64,000 bases of DNA from Phoronis australis. Taxonomy: Eukaryota > Animalia > Phoronida. This document shows, in pieces, positions 36,716 through 50,300 of the stretch. Under the pieces are notes generated by a model. It did no database searches. It was not told the origin of the DNA and was given only the letters and a program-made list of their open reading frames with translations. Position 1 is the first letter of the stretch; each line of letters starts with the position of its first letter. Made by a program: the position numbers and the translations under genes. Location of the stretch: contig NMRA01000187.1 in assembly GCA_002633005.1 (NCBI GenBank), positions 92,191 to 156,190 of the forward strand, in the 5' to 3' direction.

Positions 36716-39700
36716 GGGTAAAATGTTTATTTTTCATCGATGATTTGCGTAACTTCGGTTGCAGTTGGGCGATTTCGGCGATTCAAAAACTAAACATGAT
36801 CCCCATGACGAGGATTTCAGAAATGTTTTTGTTCAAATATGTTATAACTTAACTTTTATTTTTAACAGCACAGCCCAGTCAGGCTAGATACGATCTTATT
36901 GAAGATTAGAGCAATTACCCGCGAACAAAAGAGAGCTGGGCCTCCAACCATGAAATGCCAGAATAGAGTTAATCAGTCGTATAAAATACTGGCTACATGG
37001 GGTAAACTTCCCAACTTGTTGTTGGGCTATAGAATCGAACAAGTTGGGAGCACATTGATATTGGATTTGCATAGATACACTTTGAATGAAAGTACAGTCG
37101 CATAGATCAATGAGCTATACCAGCTCCTGGTATAGCTCATTGCATAGATTTACGTTTCATGTCCCAAACAGAGTTTCGCTGTATAAGAATCTATTACTGG
37201 ACTTACGGTAAGTCCAGTAATAGATTTATTGATTCTTATACTATGACCCAACTGGATGCCGGACTGAAAACATTCAGTTTCGCTGTCTTCCGTATCACTA
37301 CTTCCCAATTTCAAGTTGCTTGAGGGGAACTATTAAACTTTCTGCGGAGCATGGAGTTGACTACATTCAATGCTCGTTGCAAATCTCCGTCCATGTAAGG
37401 AATATGGGATTTCCTCAAAGTTTTCTGTTTCATGGTACATGGCCATCTATTACTTGGCGAAAAAAAAATCCCTTGGAACCATAAGCTATGGAATACTGAT
37501 GCAACATGAAATGACATGATTTCGAAGTCTTTGAGAAAATCAGTGGGACCTGGCAGAAATCTTTCATGGAACGATACTGAATGGTTCTAGGTTTGAATTT
37601 GGGAATAAGCATTAAAATATACATACAGAACCAACCAAATGGTGAAAATCACTTAAAAGCCATGGGCCCTAGGCCAGTGACTGAGGAGGCCTAGAAAACC
37701 ACTTCTGTGACCACTTTATGGGGGCAATTTAATGCAGGTGTTTTTGATGTCACAAATCATTGTACTTTATGAATAAAAAAGTTCCCCCGTTTAAACTTGC
37801 ACAGTTTTGTGAAATTTGATATTAAAATTGTGCCGATTCAGCAAATTCTACATGGAATTCAAAAAGTTAGAAAAGAAGAAAATTTAGTTCCAGAAAGGAT
37901 GATACTGACGATGATATTCCCACAGTCTGTATTAAGTCGTAATAAAATGTAGAATTATGGAAGAAGTATGAATTTATGGGTGTCACCTGTTGGTGAAATA
38001 TGGAACTATCATTCATGGTGTTTTATGCTGTTTTACTGTTGGTAAAACTAAGGAGTATAATACTACTACACTCCTTGGTAAAACTGTAACTATCAAACTG
38101 TGTCCAGGCTAAAAGTACCTTTGACCTGTGGCCGGTCTGTGTGTACAACATCTAGCGAGGCGTTCCTTTACAACAAGTAGTGCCACTCATCAAGGTAGAG
38201 AAAGTGTTGAAGGTTAGGAACTCCTCTAAAACATCAGAGGAGAGAAGAATTACATCGGAATCCCCGGATGAAGCTTGTCTTGTTTTCCGTTTGTACCTTA
38301 CAACACATTTTTCCAAGCACTGAAACAGTCACGTGTTGCTTACAGATGGTGGCATATATAAGTAGATAATTCATATCTCTGAACTTTTCCCGTGAATTTT
38401 AATAAAAGGTCCACATCCTCAAAAATTGGAGGCCCCCATTTTTAAGCTGGGTGTGCGCATTATAGGAAAGTGCACGCTGAACATGATGTTGTCTTCACAA
38501 CACAAACTGGGTGCTTGAGGTTGATCGATGTGAGCAAGGGCAAATTAATCTAACCGGCCAAGTTCCTTGTTGGGTTTCAATTGAATTCGTCATGACGTTT
38601 TTATGCGTCCAAAAACATAAAATGAAAAACTATCCTGCCTTTCCTTGAGACACGATACGAGACTTCACATTTTGTACTGTAACCATGATAGACACCTCAT
38701 ATTTTGTACTGTAACCATAATAGACACCTCACATTTTTTACTGTATTAACGTTACCATGATAGACACCTCACATTTTGTACTGTAGGCCTAACCATCATA
38801 GCATTTTTTCACAACAAACTAAACAACTCACAAAAACGCAAGAATTAAATGTTCTGATGCATATTTTTCGTAAACACGCTAATACCGGGAGTCAGTGAAT
38901 GACGAACTCCGAAGTTATATTCGTTTGACACGTACAAGTCTGTGAATATTTTGAGTAAACAGATAAAGACAAGACAAAGTCAAAACGAAGATTTCATTCT
39001 CGTCAATCTGTTGCTGGAATAAAAAGATCCACAAATGACTCCAGTTTAGTGGTGATCAAAATCTAAAGTTGTTCTTTTGCAGGATAGAAGACCTGGCACA
39101 GGACAGCGGTAGCAAGGACAGCAACGGGTAGTATGATCGCCAGCAGCCCCTAACAAGCCGCACAGTGCAGGACGGCGGAGAAAGAGCTGTAGCGGGAAGC
39201 AGGATGGCCAGCACAAGCCATACTATATTGTATTTCCACTTGTGTTACTCATTCGTGCGAGTGCGAGCAAATTCAAACATTCGCTATGCTTGAGGAAAAC
39301 GACGTTCTTTTTGTCTCTGCGATGATTTTCCATGAGTTGAGAAAATCTGTGACAGTGTATCACGTGCAACTGTAAATGTGTTGATTTAAAATAGGATTTA
39401 GGAACATTACGTTAACATAATTGGTCGATCTATCGCATATTAGGCATTGCTGTTCATTTTGTTCCATTTAGTTTCAAAAAAGATTTGATAAATACATAGA
39501 ACAGAGGAAGATCGAGCTCATATGGTGATTCAACGAATTTTATTAAGCCAGTACAATTACAGATTGGATAGTTCACTTGCCATAAATGTGTCAAAATATT
39601 TGCATAACATATATCTGAGCAATCAGATATAGAGAAAGGGTGTTGGTGTGACATAAAAATATCAGAAGGGTTAGACTGCACTGAAAAAAGTGGGGCTATA

Positions 39701-40920
39701 GCCCCCAGTCCCCCTGTGGTGCGCCGCCTATAGACCATGGACAGCGCAGCACTGAGAAAAGTGGGGAGCTATACCCCCCCCCCCCCCCCCCCNCCCCCCC
39801 CCCCAGCCCGGGCGCCTATCGAGCGTCGCCCATAGACAATCTCCTTTAGGAGAGATGCTTTTTACTGGACGATCACTCTTACTGATAGTAATAATAACAC
39901 AACAGACGTTACAGTCGCCGTCAGCATACTAGGCTTGCTTTCTCATACCACTAAACAGTTCTGTTTGAGCCCCGGCCCTTGTCACTAGGTTTTTAAAGAA
40001 CAGTACACAAACCATACGATCATGATTTCGGACACGTTTACTGAGTCAGCCAAATTTGAACATTTACAGAGTAGGCCTACCTCCATAGAGCGTTATGTAT
40101 TGAGAATGATAATACTTCCATATACTGGAATGTGTATAGTAATACAAATGGGAATATTATTTCAATAGGTGTAATGGACAAAGGAACAGCGATCTAATCC
40201 CATACGTGCTCAACATATTCCAAGCCTTTCACCGATGACATTCTCACGACACCGAAACGAGCGTCACTTTGTGCCCTAAAATACACTGTGTATGAAGTTT
40301 GGGATAGTGGCAAAACAAAGCGCCAGACCCTACAGGTAATTAAACTGCTACAGGTACGTGTAGCACGTACCTGCAACGCATACGTAATTTATTAATGGAA
40401 ACACAATTGCTTCAATTAAAATTACAAAAATTGCGGATTTCAGTGTTCTGAGTAGCTCAGGTGTGTTGAACTATAACTTCAAGAAGTCTAGCCATTACAA
40501 CAATAATAATACTGAACCCATACAACAATAATAATACTGAACCCACACAACAATAATTCCAAAATGCGTTCGAAGGCTGAAGAAATCTACTATTTTGTTT
40601 TTAGAGTAGATCAAAAATATATTGAGCCTCGTTCATTTATATCTGATTCAGAAATATTGTGCTCCATTGGGGACTCCCGAAACATCAACGTTACACTACC
40701 AACTGCCTGTCATTGCCTTGCACTCTAGGCCCTCTTTAAACATTTTTATCGACCCATGTGACTTTAAGTCAACATATTGAGTCAAGTCTATTTCCATGCG
40801 TATAGTGACGAGATCGTCACATTGAACACGCATGACAGATTAAGAGTCCATACAATAACCGGCAATCAGCTCAGGATTTCGTAACAACGCTTCGCGATAG
40901 CTGGCCGCGTTGTATACTTA

Positions 40921-40930
40921 GCTGAGTCAC
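40921..40930 (-). promoter_or_regulatory. AP-1 / ARE-like element (GTGACTCAGC) upstream of NRF-6-like ATG
   Basis: matches RTGACnnnGC; further TGAGTCA at 40042 and 40778. Confidence 0.35.
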
Positions 40931-40990
40931 TTCAAGAACTAGTCTCTGTTTTAAGATCTGTTCTAAACTACGAACATTTGACAGGATCAG

Positions 40991-41360
40991 ATGATGTTTC
41001 GCTGCTCAATAACCGCCTGCCTCGTGCTGGCGTTGGTACATGTATGCCTTGCCTTGTCTGAAAGTCATGGGTTTGCGCCAGGCGATTTCCGACAAGGCCT
41101 GAAAGCGTTACAAGACCACCAAGTGGGACAGACGAACACTATTCATATTACAGAACTGTTAAACAGTTATTCTGTGTCAGAAGACGACTTGGACAGTCTG
41201 AAACTTGCATCAGTGTCCGGCTTGAGTCGAATCATACGAGGCACACTGGACAGTCTAACAGAAGGAGAGAGCGCTGACAATATATCTGCAGAATGTCTCA
41301 ATGCCAGCGAGGGATTCCTTACTGCACTTCTGTTCAACCGGGAGAAGTGGGCACTGCAAA
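40991..41360 (+). CDS. NRF-6-like exon 1 (signal peptide to EKWALQ)
   Basis: ATG, hydrophobic signal peptide, gtaagt donor. Confidence 0.9.
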
Positions 41361-44300
41361 GTAAGTTTCTTGTTGGCAATCGACGTGTCGCCAAAGTACT
41401 AAGATCACCAGTTTAGTAACTTAATAGTTTTTACAAATCGTGAAAACAAATGACGTGTTCTAAGACGTGTTTGTAACGTCATTTTTTCTGCTTCTTTATG
41501 GTAAGTTTTATTCATAAATAACATCACGAATGAATGTACACACTGGAGGAGTGCGCCAGTACGCCGCTTCTACGCTGCGCTTATAACCTACAGTATGGCA
41601 TTTACACGCATCGCGCTACGTATGGGTAGACTGGCCTACCACCAATGTAAGCCTTTGTCCCAAGTACACTGTAGATGAAAACTGATCTTTCTACCCTTCC
41701 ACTTTGTTGTCTAACAAGTCAAGGAATATGTCAACGAATACTTTCAGTGTTGGACGCGATGGGCAAACCAGAGAGCTCCCTCTTACGGGATTTCCGTCTA
41801 ATGTGGCTGGGGTCGTACTCGGAGTGTGTGGAAATTTTTGGCAATTATTCTACGAGGGCAGAGGATACGTTTCAAGGCCAATACTGCCTGGCAAGCGTTC
41901 CGTTGTCTCAAGTGCCGAATGCACTTGGTCAGGTATGAGGGCGTGTAGCATAGTTTCTTGATTTCAGAACCGTTAACAGAGTAACAGCCACAACCGAGCT
42001 CTCCCCAATAAATTGCTGTCTCTACCTCGCGACAATGCCTCCAAATTTAAACGAACGGCAGTCAATTGCTGTAATTCAGAGGTGACTTGGTCTTACATTT
42101 GACGTGTCAACTATTGGCCGGGTGTACTGCCGCGCTATAGGGATGAGGGGACCTGAATCTTCACCGTACTTACGTAAATAGTGATACGCGCACATGAACA
42201 CACACATTGACCGTGACGTGAATTGTTGGCAATAATTCAAAATCTAATGTGCGTGCTAACGTTTTAAAGCGTTTCCATTCCGGCAAGAGACGTACGTTAT
42301 CGTTTTGGTGACCGAAAGCCCAATTTTGTGATGATTGTTCAACGGAATAGAAATTTTGAAGTTATAAGACTTGACTAGTATTATAAAACAAGAGATTCTG
42401 TCCTGTTTGTGTCTGCCAGACACGCGAACGCGCTGAAATCAACACCTGTAAACGTTCGATTGCTACTGCATTTGGACTAAGTGGATTAGATTGCGCCACT
42501 GCTAATTTCTGTAAAATTACTTTTCTCGCTGAGAAAGCCTGTATACGGATTCACCCAAACCGGCACTGAAATGCAGCTTTAACTAACTACCAACACGAAG
42601 TGCATCATTAAAATGTTTAAAAATATAGCTCTTCACTTTTGAAAGTTCAAAAGTTAGTCTCGGAACTGCAGTCTACACAACAAATCCTTTAGCCGCAAAG
42701 TATTTTACTGGTGTTTGAAACCATTTGCGTAATCTAAGAATAAGACTACAGTGAACCAGCTGGCAAGATCGGCTTTCTTACATGAAGTCAAACTGTTTAC
42801 TGGCCAAAAACATTTGGCCGCACGATACATGTATAAGTACAACCAAGTATTACCAATTATCAATATGGCAAATATCTATATTCAAGAGGTTATATTTTGC
42901 TTGATATGCGATACCCGTTTTTAACGGTCTAACCATTTAGAAGCTTTGTCAACATCTACACACGTATGTAAACATCACACTTATTTGCGTCCTATATATT
43001 GACCCGATGTGCCTTTTACGGCATATGTACTTTATCTCGTCATAGTTGAAGTCGCGACTTTTAAGAGCAATGCAGGTGGTCTGATGCGTCATGAGTACGT
43101 GCGTCCCTCTGTCGGGTCTATCATGATCGACTTGACAACGTGCGTGTTTTATATGGTCACGTGATGAGATGCCTGAAATTTGACTGAAAGTTGCACAGAG
43201 TCAATGTACTTAGCCATGTAGTAATAGTGTCGTATTCACGACAATTGTTGTTCCATCATTTTTGCCATGAGGGCTCAGGGTCTAATCTTTGTACTAGTGA
43301 AAATGTACTTCAATCGTTTTTGACATTTTTCGGTCTACTTTAATACAGACTCAATACAAGTGCCAATAATTCTGTGTTCGATTGAAAAACTGTCTTAGTT
43401 TGTACTTGATGACATCAGCATTAAAGTTGCAAGTGCGAGTATGATCTCAAAACTTTGAATTTTTTCTCAAAATCTTGAGTTTTTACTCAAGTCTTAGGTT
43501 GAATATATATACAGGGGTCATCAAGTGTGCACTTGAACTATAAACTCACCTGTGGAAATCACACTGTACTTGAGAATACATGTAGAATAATAAACACTTA
43601 TCTTGAGTTCTTATTGAAGCAAGACGCAAAGTGGCAAAAAATACAATTTCGAGCTGGAATCCGAGAACAAAGATGAGATCCCTGATCCTCGAGTCTGTTG
43701 TATGGACCCCGTGGAATTTAAAGTCAGTTACCTGGCTTCCTGATTCAAGGCCATCACTTCGTCTCGTCTTCTTTCGTCTCCCTCCTTTACACCTTCTACT
43801 TCATTTTATTTGTCACGTAATATGTCTGTACATGTCCAACTATCAAACCCCAAAAATCAGGTTATTAGTAAACAACAACTTTTGTTTCTCTCACTCTGTC
43901 TCTCTGTTTATTGAAACACCTCTCCATAATAATGTTCGCCTTTTTCCGCTCAACATTGACTTCGAAACTTCGCTGTTCTCGTAGCATTTTGTGATGTATT
44001 TTTAGAAGCTTGTTCAGGAATCTTGATGACGTAATACTGTACTTCCGGCACGTGACGTAATGGAGCGAAATGTTGGAGAAAATATTTATTTCAAGACATG
44101 GAATGCATTAATAACCATTAAAGTGGTCAAAATGTGCGGCCTCCTAAATTGTGTTTGCCAACCTTATTGAGCACCTTTCACTCGACACTAGCGGCGAGAA
44201 ATTTTTGCACCAATATGTTAGTACAAAAACACTCACCTAAAAGGCACGTCCGTTGCATGCCAGTACCTATGTCAGTAACCAACCGTATGGCGCCTTCTGG

Positions 44301-47300
44301 CCAGAAGTGAACAATAGAAATGACACACGATAGGGCCTGCTGTGGCATAAGGGCGAATCTAACACGTTCCCACGTGCATACTGAGATGAGTAGACAGAGA
44401 CTGCCGGGACCAGTTGCTTTAAAACTTTACGTATATACTGACTAACAGTCATTAAGAGGCTTTGACAATTTTACTTTCCGCGAAATGGGTTCTAAACAAT
44501 TTTAAAAATCTAGCTTTGATCTTTCCGAATGTTTCAGAAAACTACATTGTCCATCGGTGTTTGTGTCCCGGATGTCTGTTCGACAGATGACACAGTGACA
44601 TTGATCAGAGCAAGTAAGTCAGGCTTTAACGCGTGCAGACACATGTATCTATAGCTACACTTGCACGGTAGGTGTAGACACATGTATCAACAGCTTCACT
44701 TGCGTCAGTTCATTAATAAAACTGCATGAGAATGATATGGAGGTATAGCACTAGACCCAGACTGGCACCTGCCTGCTCCTGTATGTGAGGTTGTCAATAC
44801 ATGAGTTTTAGAAGAGAAACTCTTTTCACATACCGGTACCGGTATTGTAAATACAATGTACAGCCTAAGTGCTCTCGTACTAATTTTGATACACATTTTA
44901 GCAGAGCAGACACGTAAAATAATTGGCACAACAACACTGTTTTACAAAGTGAAAGTTGCGTTAAGTACTGTACTTTATGTTTTTGTTCAATTTCAGCAGT
45001 AAGCGTTACAATTTATGTTGGTTTTATAGGAAAAAAGAGCCTTTAAATGTCTATGTACAATGTACGAGTACTCAGGCCGCATACAAAAGCCAACTGTAGC
45101 GTGTTTTATCTCTCGTACTAGTGTCATTTGTCCTATTATCTGTGTGTATAGACTTATTTGTTGCTTGTTCTGTGTAGGTGTTTTCGTAACTTAAGGGACA
45201 TGTGTCCGAGTGCTAAGTGGTACACGTCCGAGTATTTTACACTTAAAAGTGTCTAGTCTCACCAATCGCCTATTCTCTAACTTCGAAAATTAGTATAAAA
45301 CTTGAAAGTTTTACATTGAAATTCTTGCTTCAAATCGAGTTATCTGGGTGAACTATGATGTGTGTCGCTCAATGTTGCACGTTTATATATTTTGGCATCT
45401 ATTTTCCGCCATAGGCGTAGCGGTACAAAACTAAGGTAACAATGTTCATTTGGCGCAATGAGTCTTACAAACATACGAAGTTTACCATTAGCTAAGAACC
45501 ATGTAGGAGAATTCATACACAATTTCCAGGTCACCAATCTTCAAATATACAAATAATTAATATTTGGCTGATCATAGTGGCGCAAGATATATTACTTTTC
45601 GCTGAAGTTAAGAAACAAAAGACAACAGGCTGTTCTATGAATAAGCCCCTGGACCTAGTAACGTGAAACCAACAGTGTACCAGTACCTATTGCAAACAAA
45701 ACCAGTTAAACAAGACAACATTGCCATGTTTTTAGTTTACTTGCATCTTGTATCCATAATGGTTACTTCAATACTTGATTTCAATCTGCTCTTTTCTCCT
45801 CTACACCAGGTATCGCAACAATTGGCGCCCTTCTGCCCAATTCCAGCATTAACGCCGGCACGATACACCCACGGGCCACGTGTCAAAAGAATGATAAACC
45901 TCTCAACACAAGAGCCATCGTTGCTGTGTAAGGTTGTTTCTCTCCATCTTAATCGCACTTCCAGACTTCCAAAAGAATAAGCGCATACTCATGACTAGAT
46001 AGAGGCTGACGGGGGTCGCTACTGTACTTACCTCGTGCCGCTTTACAAAGTTTATTGCCGCTTTCAACACATTTACCGAAAATTTCTTTAAATTTTAAAG
46101 TAATTTTTAAAGAAAAATAAAATGAAATTAATTGATTTATAAATGGAAACACCGAGACAGCAAGCAGGACTACGATGGCCATAAAGGAATTCCCTGTTTT
46201 CTGCATTAATTTGTAGTAATTTCTTTTAGCAAATCATAGATGGTAACTGACATGACCATGGTATTGGTTCTTTAGTGAGTCTACAACTTGAAGCGTCCTG
46301 GTAGCACACAAATGTCTTCCAAGACACCCAATTTTCATTAGAGTTGCACATTTTTAAGTAGTATAGTATTACCTGGATTCAAATACTAGAAGCCTATCAC
46401 TTGGCTGAATGGAGGTTTGATGTAAACACTAATTTATCCATAGCAGAAATGTAATAATGGTAGCCTACCTTTACAACACGCCTGATGGTATAGACATAGG
46501 CCAAGTCAAAACTATCCATAGCTGAAGTATAACAATGACTGTCTACATTCACAACACACCTCTGGTCAAAATTCTGCTATGGACAACTGGTAACGTAAAT
46601 GGTGATGTGCACAATTTGTAAAGTTGTTGATCAATTTTCAATTTGTACCTCCTTATTACTAACCTAACACCGTTCATGCACTCAGTAGTACATGTTACAC
46701 CAATGTTACCAAAGAGCTGTAACCGCACCACATTTAGTATGAAGTGTCAGATGTTACTGGACCGCACATCCAGTTTCAAGCCATTAAATAGACAAGTTTT
46801 GCAAAGCAATGTAAACGTGAATTATTACACATGTATACCACAATATCAGCCTCGAATGTCCAATACAACCGTTTAATAACCCATTTAGTTATTTAACGGC
46901 GTTAAATAACATTTTGGCAGAAAACCGAGGCCGGTTTCGAGCCCGGTCTGCAAGAGTTCAGGGCCGTCGACATTACCACTGCACCACTCAACGGCTGACG
47001 TCAAGCTTATTACTACGTGAAACCATAGACTATAGTACATGGACCGCCAACTCCGTATACTTTCAATGGACGAAATCTGTGACCTTGCGAATCTGTTGTC
47101 TATAATCTATGGTGAAACTAGAATGCTTCAAATGAGCAAGCGCAACAATCGTATGTTCAACAAACGGCATTTTACCGACATGTATACACTATGAAAAATA
47201 AGACGCAATGCTTCAATAAAAACGACATCTTTAATTCAGTAAAAATTATCTGTCATTTTCTATCCAGCTTCAATGCGGGATGCTTTGACTTGGACATTAA

Positions 47301-50300
47301 ACTCAGTAACCAGCTTCGCACGAGATGTGTAGTAAGCTAGTAGAGTAGTCGCTTAAAATAGAAAAATATTTACGGATTCACTTTAGTTCTATTTTGTTTC
47401 AATTTTCATTTGGTTTTAAGTAAAATCATCATTTTAACAAGAAAAACTCGGCGTTTCTTGAAAGGTTTCGACCTCCAACCTCAAGCATCTGATATAAAAA
47501 GTTGTTACAAAAGCCGAGATGAGTCGAAAAAGGTAGATCGATTTATTGCAGTGTTTCTCGTTCAATATGTGGTATAAATTACTTCCCGAAAGCGATAATT
47601 GTCCAAAATCCACCAGGGGGCTCTAGATTACTGGAGGGATAAAGACTTCACCATGTAATAATCAATATTTATAATGTTGCGTCATACGTGGCGTTGCTTG
47701 CTTTGATGTAGCCTAATCCGGTTAGTGTTTGAGTGTTTTACGCGAATGCAGAGAGATTCACGTCGCTACGGGAAACATGTGCCCCTTTTTAATTCTCATT
47801 TGGTAAGACATAAAAAGATTTTTATTTTGATAGGGTTCTCAACATTTCTTCTTTGCTTCAGTATAAAATGAAGACGATTCTTTTATGGATATACGTTCTT
47901 AAAGTTTAGTTTCAAGAAAGCACTTTTTCCAAAATCTTTATTCTGTGGGGTTCGCTGGATTTTTAACAGATATGATTTTGTGTTGTCAAATTTTTACATG
48001 CTTAATTTACTTGCATCTATTTATTTCAAACTTCAAATAAATTTTGCATTCTCGGAGTTGATCATTTTTTGAAGGAGTTCGTAGAAACGGATTTTTCACA
48101 ATATATTTCTGTCTTGCATATCTGTAGCGGATATGTACTACGATAACTGGACAACCTGAGTTCAGTTATTTAGTTCCCGTTTTCTTAATTCATGTTCACG
48201 TAAAAATTTAGCTGTTGCAAAATCCATTTTTTATTTTAACGTGAATCGGCAAGTGCAATTAAGTATGCGTCATAATTCACGTTTACGTCGCTTTCGAAAC
48301 CTCCATATTAATGTTTTTCTAGTGCAAGACCAACAAAAATCGCTTCTTCGAAGACAACCCATTGTACGTTTTTGTTTTTTTTTTATTGCAGAGCGATTGT
48401 CAGCGTAATAGTGGGTCTTGTGTTAGTCGGATCCCTTTACGACATCTACCGGCAGCACATAAATGCACAAGAAGACAGCGAAGAGCGTGCACTCAAAATG
48501 GGCCTGTTATCGGGGGACTTGAAGACCACTGAACTAGGTATTTAGCTCAAATAAACAATATGTCAGTCATGATAGAGCTTCACCGTTTAGAATTGTGCTC
48601 ATTAAACCATGACCATGGTCATACATCATCACTATCATCATTATTGTTAACACCGTCATCAATGTCGACGTCACCAATGCCATGATGGTGACCACTTTCA
48701 TTGACACCGTCAGACGGTCAGTAGGTGTTATCATGACTCTGATGCGTTACCGTCCACTCGACCTATCTCCGGCTGCATCTCACCCTTAAGCCTGTCTCTG
48801 AATTGGTCAAATCGTCATTTGTATTCCAGGCATTGGCTCGAAGCTTCTACTTTCATTTTCTGCCTATACCAACGGCTCGAAGATCCTAACCGCCTCCCAG
48901 TCTGCAGGGGCCTTGGAATGTATCAATGGCATCCGGGTTCTTAGTATGATGTGGGTGGTCCTGGGACATACCCTTGCACTCGCACCACTTGCAGTTAGCG
49001 GTATCGGTGAGAACTAGTTTTCATTGTTTATATTTCAAAATGTAACTGAGAAAACTGATGCAAGTTGTCTATATTTAATGGATGTTTTCCTTCGTTGTTA
49101 TCACAATACCTCTGACAATTTACAGAATTGGATTCCGTGTTGTTATGAACAAAGAGATTTTAAGCCAAGAACTCTAGATTTACTTGTACTGTACATGTAC
49201 ACGTGTCACTCTTAACAAACCTTCAAGCCTTCCTTGTCGTTCAACTACCCACGTTCAACTCAATGTTCACAGTCGTTCAACTTCACACCGCTTCAATGTT
49301 CACAATTGTTCAACTACACACCGCTTGCAATTCGATGTTCACAGTCGTTTAGCGACACACCTCCTACAACCCGATGATCGCAGTAGTTTAACTACAAACC
49401 GCTTACAACTCAGTGTTCACAATCGCTCAACTACACCCCACTTTCAACTCAAACTCCACAGTTGTTCAACTACACCCCACTTTCAACCCAAACTCTGCAG
49501 GTGTTCAACTGTACCCCACTTTCAACTCAAATTCCACAGTTGTTCAACTACACACCACCTAAAACTTAAAGTTCGTTCAACAATACGCTTCGTACAATTG
49601 TGTGTCGTGCGGCGTTCACGGATACTCAAGAATCATCTGCGATCATTATTCAGATTTGATTGAAAAATGTCACGTCACCAATACATATGTCTTAAACACG
49701 TCATTCGATATTCTCCTTCACAGGGGACATGGGCGATTTCGCACTATATATAAAACGATGGAGTTTCCACGCCATTCTCAATGCCACAGTAAGCGTCGAC
49801 TCGTTTTTTGTGCTAAGGTAAGTATGCTGACAGAAGAATTGATGGACAAATTACTAAGCCAAACCAAGCAAAAAAACGGGTTAAATTGCCTTTTCACTGA
49901 TAACTGACTCAAAAATCAATCAAATACCTTCACATGAGGCGAAAAACTTATGCCCTGCCAACTCAGCAGGGGACATTTTTAATGAAATTGGGGCAGGTAA
50001 AAGCGATTGAGTGCCATCTTGTTCTAGTCACTTGACCATATGCTGTATGGAAATCAGTTTGTTGGCACAGCAAAATGGCCGCGGTGATGGAATCAAACTG
50101 GTGAAAACTGAAGAGAGGTGTTCTCCGTAGTCTTTGTGAGAGAAGACAAATAATGACTATTTAATGTCTTTTAATGAAAAGATACCAGGGTCCCGTTGCA
50201 AGGAACCTTAGGTCTAAGATTAGCTTCAACTTCCAAACTTTAAAAATTCCACATCAGGAGTTAGTGAAAATTAAGACAAAATTTAAGTAAAAAACTTGAG

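Noticed and set aside
38110-38319. About 70-codon open frame on the minus strand with AG and GT sites
   Set aside because: No recognisable motif; within chance expectation
47268-47332. Candidate NRF-6 exon (phase 1-2)
   Set aside because: Joining it to exon 5 creates TAA; 45810-45927 fits the family instead
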